Counted from the first letter of the stretch, positions 29,100 to 38,177 are shown. The stretch: 64,000 nt of DNA from Microgenomates group bacterium GW2011_GWF2_46_18 (GCA_001002415.1 LCMB01000003.1:12489-76488); one strand, 5' to 3'. Notes: generated by a model not told the origin, from the sequence alone. Translations and numbers: made by a program.

Positions 29100-30053
29100 A
29101 TGGGTAAAGTCAAAAAGATCGTTATGGATGCTTCGCAAGAAGCCGAAGTCAAAGCCAAAGCCGTTTCCAAAAAAAAGAAAATGATTATCTGGGAAGAGCT
29201 CTACTCTGACCTAACTCCTCACGTCGCTCTGGCTCTTCGCGAAGCTCGCGTCAAGCCCGATCAGTTAACCACCATGTCCGACGGTGACTTAACCGCCATT
29301 GATGGCATTAACGACACCGCTCTCGAAGAAATTCGCAGCAAATATTCTCCCGACCTTACCGCTCCCGTTGCTGTCGCTACTACCGCTGCGCCGGCCGTAG
29401 CCGAAGGCGAAGGCACGGAGGAAAAGTCCGGGATTATTCCCCCCAACAAACGCCACACTTTCCGCCATGGCAAAGCCATTGTGGCCGCCAAAAGCAAAAT
29501 TGACCGCACCAAGTTTTACCCGGTAGAAGAGGCCGTCAAACTTGTCAAATCGACCAACATTACCAACTTTGATGCCACCGTTACCGTTCACCTTAACCTA
29601 GTTGGCAAAGATGCTCCCACTCGGCTTGAGCTGACTTTCCCATATCTGGCTGGTGCCGCCAAAAAAGTTGCCATCGTCTCTGATGAAATTCTGGCTAATC
29701 TCGAAAAGGGGAAAATCGATTTTGATATCCTGGTCACCCATCCCTCTTTTATGCCCAAGTTGGCCAAATATGCCAAACTGTTGGGTCCCAAAGGGTTGAT
29801 GCCTAGCCCCAAAGCCGGCACTGTCACCCCTGATCCAGAGAAAAAGGCCCAAGAATTTGCTGCAGGCAAAACCATGATCAAAGCCGAAGCCAAGTTCCCT
29901 CTGATGCATATTACTGTCGGGAAAATTAGCCAAAAAGAAGAAGAGCTGATTCAAAACATTCGCACTCTTCTCGAAGCCGTAAAACCTAGGAACATCGGTA
30001 AAGCCACTCTTGCCAGCACCATGTCTCCCGGTATCAAGTTGCAGCTCAACTAA
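29100..30053 (+). CDS. rplA: 50S ribosomal protein L1 with ~115-aa N-terminal extension
   Basis: L1 core GPKGLMPSPKAGTVTPD and FPLMHITVGKIS. The first ~115 aa (lysine-rich, with a DGDLTAIDGINDTALEEIRSKY helix-hairpin-helix-like segment) have no counterpart in typical L1. Good SD. Confidence 0.85.
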   Translation: MGKVKKIVMDASQEAEVKAKAVSKKKKMIIWEELYSDLTPHVALALREARVKPDQLTTMSDGDLTAIDGINDTALEEIRSKYSPDLTAPVAVATTAAPAVAEGEGTEEKSGIIPPNKRHTFRHGKAIVAAKSKIDRTKFYPVEEAVKLVKSTNITNFDATVTVHLNLVGKDAPTRLELTFPYLAGAAKKVAIVSDEILANLEKGKIDFDILVTHPSFMPKLAKYAKLLGPKGLMPSPKAGTVTPDPEKKAQEFAAGKTMIKAEAKFPLMHITVGKISQKEEELIQNIRTLLEAVKPRNIGKATLASTMSPGIKLQLN

Positions 30054-30141
30054 AATTCTGGTAGAATCAATCTAATCCTTAAGACAGTAGGCGATCACTA
30101 AGCCCTACCGAAGGCAAGTATCTCACCCAGGTGGGAGCACT

Positions 30142-30168
30142 AGCTGTCAAAGAGGACAGCTATTTTTG
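30142..30168 (+). terminator. Attenuator-like hairpin plus T-run in the rplJ leader
   Basis: AGCTGTC-aaagag-GACAGCT followed by aTTTTTgTaTT, 5 nt before the rplJ SD (aggag 30173-30177). The L10 operon leader is known to carry an attenuator and L10-binding structure. Confidence 0.35.
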
Positions 30169-30184
30169 TATTAGGAGCCCATTT

Positions 30185-30718
30185 ATGCCAAATCAAAAAA
30201 ATCTTACTCAAGTCAAAGCCTTGGAAACCAAGCTTGAGGGGATCCAAGCCCTTTTTCTCGCGGATTATGCGGGCTTAACTGTCAAAGAACAACGGCTCCT
30301 TCGTTCCCAAGTCAAAGCCGCCGGGGGAGAATTGGTCGTTGCCAAAAATACTCTCCTCAAAATTGCCCTGCAAAACCAAGGATATGATGCCGCAAGCCTC
30401 ACTCCCGAACTCAAAGGCCAAAAAGTTACTTTGTTTGCACCTAGTGACGCCGTGGCTCCGCTTAAAGCTTTAGTCGAATTTAGCAAAGCCAACGAAAAAG
30501 AATTGCCAAAAATAAAGGCGGGTGTATTGGGCAAAGAAGTCCTAACTGTACAAAAAATTATGCAACTTGCCAATCTCCCCAGCAAAGCCGAATTGCTCTC
30601 CAAACTTCTGGGAACTCTCGCTAACCCCGCCCGCAATCTGGTCGGTGTCCTCGTTGCTCCCACCCGTAATCTGGTTTATGCCATTTCTGCCATTCAAACC
30701 AAAAAAGCTGTTCAATAA
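30185..30718 (+). CDS. rplJ: 50S ribosomal protein L10
   Basis: MPNQKNLTQVKALETKLEGIQALFLADYAGLTVKEQRLLRSQVKAAGGELVVAKNTLL. SD aggag 8 nt upstream of ATG 30185. Confidence 0.8.
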   Translation: MPNQKNLTQVKALETKLEGIQALFLADYAGLTVKEQRLLRSQVKAAGGELVVAKNTLLKIALQNQGYDAASLTPELKGQKVTLFAPSDAVAPLKALVEFSKANEKELPKIKAGVLGKEVLTVQKIMQLANLPSKAELLSKLLGTLANPARNLVGVLVAPTRNLVYAISAIQTKKAVQ

Positions 30719-30775
30719 TATATAAATTACCGGAATCTAGAATCTATTATCTAGAATCTAATATAAGGAGGACTT

Positions 30776-31171
30776 ATGTCCGACACTAAACTTTCTCCCG
30801 CTCTCACTGAGATCGTCGAGAAAATCGAAAAATTATCCGTCCTAGAGGTTGCCGACCTAGTCAAAGCCCTCGAAGAGAAATTTGGCGTTAGCGCCGCCGC
30901 TCCCGTAGCCGTGGCCGCTGCTCCCGCTGCTGGTGCCGCTGCTCCAGTCGAGGAAAAAGACGCTTTTGATGTTGTTATCAGTAGTGGCGGTACCAACAAA
31001 ATTGCCGTCATCAAAGCCGTCCGTGAGCTCAATCAAACTCTGGGCCTCAAAGAAGCCAAGGATTTGGTCGAAGCCGCTCCCAAAACGATTCTCGAAGGTG
31101 CCAAAAAAGAAGACGCCGAAGCAGCCAAGAAAAAGCTCGAAGAAGCCGGTGCCACCGTCGAACTCAAGTAA
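30776..31171 (+). CDS. rplL: 50S ribosomal protein L7/L12
   Basis: [29 protein letters not shown], an Ala/Pro hinge, and a C-terminal ...[42 protein letters not shown] aaggagga. Confidence 0.9.
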   Translation: MSDTKLSPALTEIVEKIEKLSVLEVADLVKALEEKFGVSAAAPVAVAAAPAAGAAAPVEEKDAFDVVISSGGTNKIAVIKAVRELNQTLGLKEAKDLVEAAPKTILEGAKKEDAEAAKKKLEEAGATVELK

Positions 31172-31197
31172 TTACTTGTTCTACAACTCAACTCAAA

Positions 31198-31221
31198 GCC
31201 CCCATACCTGGGGGCTTTTTG
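31198..31221 (+). terminator. Rho-independent terminator after rplL
   Basis: GCCCCCA-tacc-TGGGGGC followed by TTTTTgTT. Confidence 0.6.
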
Positions 31222-31410
31222 TTACCGCCAGATCTGTTACTTATCCACCTTTCCCCATTCTCTTATAACCCTATCATCCATGATATTTCATTATGTCGCA
31301 CAATATCTCTAGATCAATCATATCGCTAATCATACATAGTATTACCCACCAACTATTAACTAATACATTTGGTAGATCAAATGAGATCCTATTGACACGC
31401 TCCCGCTCAC

Positions 31411-31635
31411 TTGCTAATATCATCTCACATGAACGATAAAATCGATCTCAAAAATCTTCCCGACCTTTTGACCGTTCGCGAAGTTGCCGACCTCCTCCGT
31501 GTCTCCCCTCTTACCCTCAAACGCTGGGGAAAACGCGGCAAACTCCCCGCTATCCGCATCAACTCTCGCGGCGACCGCCGCTACAAAAAAGAACAGGTTC
31601 AGTGGTTATTGGGTATCAATCCAGATCAGGGGTAA
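31411..31635 (+). CDS. Excisionase/MerR-type HTH DNA-binding protein
   Basis: LLTVREVADLLRVSPLTLKRWGKRGKLPAIRIN is an HTH_17 excisionase-family motif. Confidence 0.55.
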   Translation: MLISSHMNDKIDLKNLPDLLTVREVADLLRVSPLTLKRWGKRGKLPAIRINSRGDRRYKKEQVQWLLGINPDQG

Positions 31636-32358
31636 TCATTTTTTCTCAAACATTTTCATATCCGCTAGTTTAAACACGTAGGTACAAAAGTCCCCCACCA
31701 TATTTTCATCTTTCTTCTTATCTCCCTGCCATTCCAGATAAAGTTTCATAAAATCCTCCCGGGACAAATATGCCCATCCCATCGTGACCTGTCCAGGTAT
31801 CTTATTATCAGTCGGATCTGCTACCCAGCGCTCTTTAAAGCGTGCCTTTAGTTCTGTTATTCCCTGAACAACCGCTTGCTGAATCCTGGGAATGACTCCA
31901 TCCCTGCCAACTCCCCCTTCCATCAATAATTTAGCTTCCTCAGAACTACTTGCCCTCATTAGAATCCCCAGCTCATCTCCCCCAAGTCGAGTCAAATCAT
32001 CATATGGGCGGATTTTCCCCGCCATCTGAAAGGCATTATAAATCGCCGCATCCCCCATATAGTGACCCTGATCTTTTCCCCCTGCATCATTAATTAGCTT
32101 CAAATTATCCAGATCACCCATGGCAACCACCAATCCCGGGTATTCATCCAAATTCCCTTGTAACATCCGCTGGGCCATCCGCTGAAGTTTCAAATCTACT
32201 GCCCTCCGGCTTAACACCCCCAAATCCCCCACCAAATCAGCTAATTCCCTTTCTCGAATTTGCGCCCGTAGAGACAGAACAGATGATTTCTCTCGAGGAA
32301 ACTTTTCTCGCATCTTCAACACGGTTGCACGGTCAACTCCCATCCTTCTACTATACAA
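31636..32358 (-). CDS. GGDEF-domain (diguanylate cyclase-like) protein with degenerate GGDEL motif
   Basis: VVAMGDLDNLKLINDAGG...GHYMGDAAI then RLGGDELGIL matches the GGDEF palm-domain layout. The signature residue is F to L, and there is no sensor domain. Confidence 0.55.
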   Translation of the reverse strand: MYSRRMGVDRATVLKMREKFPREKSSVLSLRAQIRERELADLVGDLGVLSRRAVDLKLQRMAQRMLQGNLDEYPGLVVAMGDLDNLKLINDAGGKDQGHYMGDAAIYNAFQMAGKIRPYDDLTRLGGDELGILMRASSSEEAKLLMEGGVGRDGVIPRIQQAVVQGITELKARFKERWVADPTDNKIPGQVTMGWAYLSREDFMKLYLEWQGDKKKDENMVGDFCTYVFKLADMKMFEKK

Positions 32359-33307
32359 CCCGAGCGATCACTTCCGCTACCTCTTCGGCACTGTTTGTCA
32401 TCATCAAGTTTTGTCGCAGTTCCCCTGCCCCGGGAAATCCATGGGCATACCAGGCCAAATGTTTTCGCACAGGCATAAAGTAATTTACTCCGAGATTCTG
32501 GAAGATCTCCTCAAATTTTCTCGCGTGTTCTACCGCCCAGGCCAACCTTTGCTCTTTCGTTGGATCCTTAATCCCTGCAAAAATACCTGGATTACCTTCT
32601 GCTCCTCTTCCAATCAAGACCCCATCCACCCCATACTCTAACGTCTTACGTCTAACATCTTGTATCTTCTTTACATCTCCGTTCCCCAAGATGTAACCCC
32701 CATGATGGTGGACTATCTCCCCTGCCCGTGCAATTGTCTCCCAATCCGCTTCTCCGGTATAAAGCTGCCGAAGAGTCCTGCCGTGCAAACTCACTACCGC
32801 TGGCGCTACCTCCATTAGCGTTTCCATCCACTCCTCCATCTCGGTTTTGTCGGTTACTCCAATCCTGGTCTTGACCGAAACTGGTAAGCTGGTGTTTGCC
32901 TTAGTCACTCGTATAATCTCCTGCGCCAACTTAGGTGTCCGGATCAGCCCCGCCCCTGCCCCCTGTTCACTCACCTTCTTGGCTGGACAACCCATGTTGA
33001 TATCAATCCCGTCAAATCCCATGTCCTCAATTAACTCTGCAGCCTCCGCAAATAGTTCTGGTGTCCGGCCAAACACTTGTGCCACCACCGGTCTTTCACC
33101 TGGATCAAAGCGAAAAGTTTGTAACAGCCGTTCCCTTCGCTCTCCTTGGGTGAAATGCAAAGCATCTACACTTACAAACTCGGTAAAAATTACGTCTGGC
33201 TTCCCATACTTCGCCACCATATAGCGAAACGCGGCATCCGTCACTCCATCCATAGGTGACAGTCCCACCACCGGCAAACCTCGCCCAAACAAATCCTGCC
33301 AAAACAT
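32351..33307 (-). CDS. dusB: tRNA-dihydrouridine synthase
   Basis: LSPMDGVTDAAFR, the DGIDINMGCPAKKV catalytic Cys motif, and a TIM-barrel layout. Confidence 0.8.
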   Translation of the reverse strand: MFWQDLFGRGLPVVGLSPMDGVTDAAFRYMVAKYGKPDVIFTEFVSVDALHFTQGERRERLLQTFRFDPGERPVVAQVFGRTPELFAEAAELIEDMGFDGIDINMGCPAKKVSEQGAGAGLIRTPKLAQEIIRVTKANTSLPVSVKTRIGVTDKTEMEEWMETLMEVAPAVVSLHGRTLRQLYTGEADWETIARAGEIVHHHGGYILGNGDVKKIQDVRRKTLEYGVDGVLIGRGAEGNPGIFAGIKDPTKEQRLAWAVEHARKFEEIFQNLGVNYFMPVRKHLAWYAHGFPGAGELRQNLMMTNSAEEVAEVIARVV

Positions 33308-33308
33308 A

Positions 33309-34112
33309 TCAATCTATCAACTTGTGATACATAACTAACCACCCAAATTGAAATACTTTCAAAATCCGCCGATACCGCCACGGTTCGTGGACCAATCGCC
33401 ATAACCACTTGAGTCCCATTCGATCAATCCATCTTGGGCATCGTGCCACGACTCCCGCCCACTCGTCTAGGACTCCCCCCACTCCCATCGCTACCCTGGC
33501 CCGCAGGTATGGCCGATTTTCCTCGATCCATAAATCCTGGTAGGGAGAACCGTATGCCACCAACAAATAGCCCGGCTCATACGCGTTAATCCGCGCGATG
33601 GTCATACTGGCTTCCTCATTTTTTTCTACCCTCACACTCCTGGCCCCCTCGTACCACTCAACCAGTAGCTGAGGATAGATTTTCCTCATTTCAATAGCTG
33701 CCCGCTCTGCTACGCCACTCCGTGCTCCCAGCAAAAAGACTTTTTCACTTTTTTGCTCCGCATGCCGCAAAATTTCTTCAACCAACTCGACTCCACTCAC
33801 TCTCTCCACCTTGCCCCGCCCCAACCACATGCTGGCCCAATACACCCCCCACCCGTCGACTACTGTCAGACACTGTGTTAGCATGGATCTAAACCCTTCA
33901 TCAGTTCTTGCCTCCATCACATACTCTGGGTTGACCGTCGCCACGTGGAGCATTTCCTTCCTCTGGAGCCAAATTTTCCTTAGCACTTCACTTTTCTGAG
34001 TGCCAGATAGAGGTACTCCCAGGATTTCTATTGACTTATCCATCTTTTTTGTTGGTTTAATTTGGGTCTTCAGACCAACTTTGGCACTATTTTTTCTGTT
34101 TTTGCGACTCAT
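33309..34112 (-). CDS. WecB/TagA/CpsF family (GT26) glycosyltransferase
   Basis: VATVNPEYVMEAR...VVDGWGVYWAS, then LLGARSGVAERAA, are GT26 hallmarks. Confidence 0.7.
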   Translation of the reverse strand: MSRKNRKNSAKVGLKTQIKPTKKMDKSIEILGVPLSGTQKSEVLRKIWLQRKEMLHVATVNPEYVMEARTDEGFRSMLTQCLTVVDGWGVYWASMWLGRGKVERVSGVELVEEILRHAEQKSEKVFLLGARSGVAERAAIEMRKIYPQLLVEWYEGARSVRVEKNEEASMTIARINAYEPGYLLVAYGSPYQDLWIEENRPYLRARVAMGVGGVLDEWAGVVARCPRWIDRMGLKWLWRLVHEPWRYRRILKVFQFGWLVMYHKLID

Positions 34113-34448
34113 GTCTCATTCCTATCTTGCTTCATCATACCGCTAGGCATCAATTTTAGCAAAAACAACTCAATTTGACAGGAAAAATACTATCTTATAT
34201 TTTTGGAGCTATAATTTTAACCCCCTTTTACCATCCCATCTTATTTATTATTACTACAAGTCTATATCTAATTGAATATGGATGGCCATATTTAGCTCAT
34301 TGATCAAATATTTTATTCAAAAAATAACCTAAAAAGTAGAAAATAACCGAAATATCACGAAATTTCTCTAACGCTAATTATACCCCTCCCCTGCCTCTAT
34401 AATAATTAGTGGATATTTACAATTTACTCTATATCTTACGTAGAATAT

Positions 34449-35600
34449 TTATAACCTATATAACAAAACTTTTAAGGTCGCCTTCGCCGCCTTTTCCCAC
34501 GTTAACTGTTTAATCCGCGCTCGTCCCGCACCAATTAATTTAGTTCGTAATTGTTGTTGGTTGGCAATCTTTTTCATTGTTTCCGCCAATTTGGGCACAA
34601 ACACATCGTCTAACGGGACGACTATTCCTGCGTTCCCCACCACTTCGGGTAGCGCCCCTCCATTACTCACCACTACCGGGACCCCTGCTTTCATCGCTTC
34701 CAAAGGTGGTAGTCCAAAACCTTCCGTCCAGGACGGCTGCACATACATCCCTGCTCCCAGATAGAGCGCCTCAAGTTCACTCTCACCCACTCGTCCGGTT
34801 ACGATAATCCGTTCAATTGCCGGGCTCTCCCCAATTTCTCTCCACAGATCATCGTTCATCCATCCCATTCCACCAGATATAACTAGCTTGTAACCAGCGG
34901 GTAACTCAGCCTTTTCAAACGCTCTTACCAAACTCACCAAATTTTTGCGCGGCGACGCCGTCCCGACAAATAACACATACTTTCCCCTCTGCAAGCCGTA
35001 TTTCTCCCACGTTTTTTTGCTAAGATCTTCATTCTGGATTATCGATTTGTTCTCAACCCCTTCGTATATCACACTGATCTTTTTTGTATCAATCCCGGTC
35101 TCATTAATTAAATCTTGTTTGGTATGCTCCGAGACCGCAATCAACCTGTCAGCCTTGTGGGCGGCGTAATAAGTCGACAACGGCAAGTACCACCGCTGCA
35201 GCCGATTACGGTATTCCGGGAGCCACATGTATTCCAAACCATGGATCGTCACCACCGTTGTCAATTTCTCTCCCACTCCCCGACGGAAAATCGGTAAAGT
35301 ATGAGCCGGCACCCACAAAACTTCAATTCCCCGCATTTCGCTTTGCACCGCATACTTTTGCCACGTGGCCTTCGCTAGTCCCCATTGTGTCCACAGGTAC
35401 CGATACTTGATTGGACAAACCAATATATTATTTCTTTTGCCAAGCGATGATAAATTTGCCTTTGGCCGGATAAATAGAACAAAAAAGTGCTTTTTTGCCT
35501 CTGGCAGTTGCAGCATCTCATTGATAACGTGGTATGAATAATTTTCCGTGCCCGTCCGCTCTTCGGCAAACGCTCTCGAGCAATCAATTCCGATGACCAT
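34449..35600 (-). CDS. GT4 family (GT-B) glycosyltransferase
   Basis: C-terminal EGFGLPPLEAMKAGVPVVVSNGGALPEVVG is the GT4 E-x7-E region. Confidence 0.7.
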   Translation of the reverse strand: MVIGIDCSRAFAEERTGTENYSYHVINEMLQLPEAKKHFFVLFIRPKANLSSLGKRNNILVCPIKYRYLWTQWGLAKATWQKYAVQSEMRGIEVLWVPAHTLPIFRRGVGEKLTTVVTIHGLEYMWLPEYRNRLQRWYLPLSTYYAAHKADRLIAVSEHTKQDLINETGIDTKKISVIYEGVENKSIIQNEDLSKKTWEKYGLQRGKYVLFVGTASPRKNLVSLVRAFEKAELPAGYKLVISGGMGWMNDDLWREIGESPAIERIIVTGRVGESELEALYLGAGMYVQPSWTEGFGLPPLEAMKAGVPVVVSNGGALPEVVGNAGIVVPLDDVFVPKLAETMKKIANQQQLRTKLIGAGRARIKQLTWEKAAKATLKVLLYRL

Positions 35601-35774
35601 ATCACAATGATATCAGATCGTAACAATAACATGCATTTTGACCGTACTTATTCGGTGCAGACATGTTTCACAACCGAAAAAGATTACGCAGACGGGTAGT
35701 CGAGTACCAGGTGAATTCGCCACCAGGCGAATATCACCGATTTTTCGTGGGAAATATGTCGAACCGAAGAAATG

Positions 35775-36812
35775 TTATCTCAACGCCCGTCTGTACGTAT
35801 CAATATTCTCGATCGCTTTCCCCGTCCCCTTGACCACGCACAACAAAGGTTCCTCTGCCAGATATGCGGGTACCCCCACTTCTCTGGTCAACAACGTATC
35901 CAAATTTCGCAAAGTTGCCGTCCCCCCACTCATCACAATTCCTCGATCAATAATGTCTGACGACAATTCCGGCGGTGTCTCTTCCAGCACTGCCTTTACC
36001 ACTCCCACTATCTGGGCGAGAGGTTTTGTCAAAGCTTGGTACACATCACTTGAAGTCAGCGTAATTGTTCTAGGTAGTCCAGTCACGGTATCTCTTCCCT
36101 TTACCTGGATACTTTCTTCCCGCGGCAACTTGATTGCCGAACCAATCTTTATCTTCACCATTTCTGCAGTCTGATCTCCGATCACCAGCGCGTGATTACG
36201 CCTGGCAAAATCCATAATTGCTTCATCCAATTTGTTTCCCCCCACTCGCACACTTTTGTGGGCCACGACGCCTCCCAAAGATATGACAGCCGTCTCGGCA
36301 CTTCCTCCGCCTACATCCAAAATCATATTCCCCGAGGCTTCCGCAATCGGGACTCCCGCCCCAATCGCCGCCGCCAGAGGTTCATCAATCAGATAGGTTG
36401 CCTTGGCTCCAGCTGCCATCGTCGCATCCACTGCCGCTCTGCGCTCTACTTGAGTACATCCAGCCGGAACGCAAATCATTACCTCTGGTTTTAACCACAG
36501 ATTCTTTCCTACGGCCTTTTGAATAAAAAACCGTATCAGTGCCTCGGTAATCGCGTAATCAGCGATCACTCCGTCCTTCATTGGCCGGCTCGCAATGATA
36601 TTCCCGGGGGTTCGCCCCAACATTGTCTTGGCTTCATGCCCTACTGCCACTACTCGCATATCCTCGACAGATACCGCTACCACCGTTGGCTCGTTCAGGA
36701 CAATTCCTCTGCCTGCTACCCAGACCAAAGAATTCGCCGTCCCCAAATCAATCCCTATTCTTTTTCCCCAACTCATATGCCAACATTCTAGCATATTTAC
36801 TTTTTCACGCAT
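35775..36812 (-). CDS. mreB: Rod shape-determining protein MreB
   Basis: IGIDLGTANSLVWV phosphate-1 motif, and actin-fold motifs further on (DVGGGSAETAV). Confidence 0.8.
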   Translation of the reverse strand: MREKVNMLECWHMSWGKRIGIDLGTANSLVWVAGRGIVLNEPTVVAVSVEDMRVVAVGHEAKTMLGRTPGNIIASRPMKDGVIADYAITEALIRFFIQKAVGKNLWLKPEVMICVPAGCTQVERRAAVDATMAAGAKATYLIDEPLAAAIGAGVPIAEASGNMILDVGGGSAETAVISLGGVVAHKSVRVGGNKLDEAIMDFARRNHALVIGDQTAEMVKIKIGSAIKLPREESIQVKGRDTVTGLPRTITLTSSDVYQALTKPLAQIVGVVKAVLEETPPELSSDIIDRGIVMSGGTATLRNLDTLLTREVGVPAYLAEEPLLCVVKGTGKAIENIDTYRRALR

Positions 36813-36864
36813 TTTTACCTTTACCGCATTATCTACTTTATTACCGCACCTTCTGACCTAGATT

Positions 36865-37923
36865 TTGCGGTATATAACCCGCTTGACATTCAGATTCACT
36901 CGTCATACACTGAAAATATTCCCAACAAACTTAGACAAACCAGAAGAAGGGCAAGTTGTGGACAACTTATATACCGTTAGCGAGGTCGCTGACAAACTAA
37001 AAATCTCCGATAAAACTCTTAGGCGCTGGGAAGACGCTGGACGTTTTCATCCCAGCCGCACTTTGGGGAACCAAAGGCGTTATAGTCTTAGCGATATTCA
37101 AATCCTCGATGCTATCAAACACAACGTCATTTCCGATCAAGCTAGTCTTTTATCCCTAGATCAAGCCGCTAGTTTGATGGGAGTATCTCCCGCTACCATT
37201 GAACGTTGGGAACGGGAAGGCAAAATTCACCCCTTTGTCACCATGGGTGCCACCTACTATCCCAAACACCGTCTTGTCGACAAAATGACCGAACTCAAAG
37301 CAGATCCCGAAATTCTCAATCCTCCCCCTACCTTTTTTCCTTCTCCTCCACCTGTTATAGAACGTCCCGTTACTCCCATGAAGACCTCCCCCACCCCTCT
37401 TACTCACCCCCACCCATCCTTCACTCTACCTTCCTCGCTCCTCACCCAAGCTTTACTTACCTTGATCCTTCTCTTGCTTTATCATCTCTTTTTTAACCAA
37501 CCGCCCTCTCTCCCAGATAGTCCCGCTGTTCCCGGAGAGATCCAGGGTACCTCAACTCTTGCCCCTGACCCAAGGATCGATGATTTAATCACCAAATTCT
37601 CGGACCACTTGTCCGCCGAAATGCTCAAAGACGCCAAAACTGTCCCCACCACTACCATCAATCTCGCCCAAACCGCGCTGATTACTGGTCAAACCACCCT
37701 TCCTCAAGGCAAAGCTCAAATCTCGGTCTCACATCCTAGTCTAACCTCGACTACCCCTGTGACCGCGACTTTTACTTCCGACTATGCTCCTGCCAAAAAA
37801 TTTTGGATTACTGTAACCCAAGGATCCTTTACTCTCCACACCGACTTCCCGGTCACTGCCGATTCTGACTTTAACTACTCTTTCCTGAGTAAGGAATCAA
37901 CTCCCAGTGCTTCTACCCTTTAA
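36865..37923 (+). CDS. Membrane protein with two N-terminal excisionase/MerR-type HTH domains
   Basis: Two HTH_17-like repeats (LYTVSEVADKLKISDKTLRRWEDAGRF and LDQAASLMGVSPATIERWEREGKI). These are followed by a Pro-rich linker, a TM helix (ALLTLILLLLYHLFF) and a ~150-aa C-terminal domain. True start uncertain. Confidence 0.5.
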   Translation: MRYITRLTFRFTRHTLKIFPTNLDKPEEGQVVDNLYTVSEVADKLKISDKTLRRWEDAGRFHPSRTLGNQRRYSLSDIQILDAIKHNVISDQASLLSLDQAASLMGVSPATIERWEREGKIHPFVTMGATYYPKHRLVDKMTELKADPEILNPPPTFFPSPPPVIERPVTPMKTSPTPLTHPHPSFTLPSSLLTQALLTLILLLLYHLFFNQPPSLPDSPAVPGEIQGTSTLAPDPRIDDLITKFSDHLSAEMLKDAKTVPTTTINLAQTALITGQTTLPQGKAQISVSHPSLTSTTPVTATFTSDYAPAKKFWITVTQGSFTLHTDFPVTADSDFNYSFLSKESTPSASTL

Positions 37924-38177
37924 AACCCAGCCGCACTCAAGACTTCATTTAATTTGCGTGCATTCTTTGCCACAATTTCCACTGTACCAGGCTCCTGTCC
38001 CGGAGAACTCTCACAGCACAATAGAGTATTAACGACGGGGACCGCGTTTCTAATTGCCATCAGTTCCTCGTAACTGAAACTGAATACTGATCCAGCCTGC
38101 CTATAAGATTCAACGTTTCCTACTGTTATTGGCATATTTTTTCCTGTTTGTTCTTGTAACCTATAATCAGTACGCAT
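37920..38177 (-). CDS. Hypothetical small protein
   Basis: 85-aa ORF, no motif. Confidence 0.3.
   Translation of the reverse strand: MRTDYRLQEQTGKNMPITVGNVESYRQAGSVFSFSYEELMAIRNAVPVVNTLLCCESSPGQEPGTVEIVAKNARKLNEVLSAAGF

Noticed and set aside
29261-30663. Several 80-130 aa minus-strand ORFs inside rplA and rplJ
   Set aside because: Antisense shadows of highly conserved ribosomal protein genes. Gly/Ala-rich artefactual translations.
35638-36174. 178-aa plus-strand ORF overlapping the mreB 3' region, and ORF 35375..35632(-)
   Set aside because: Overlap well-supported genes (mreB, GT4) on the opposite strand or in another frame. No motifs.
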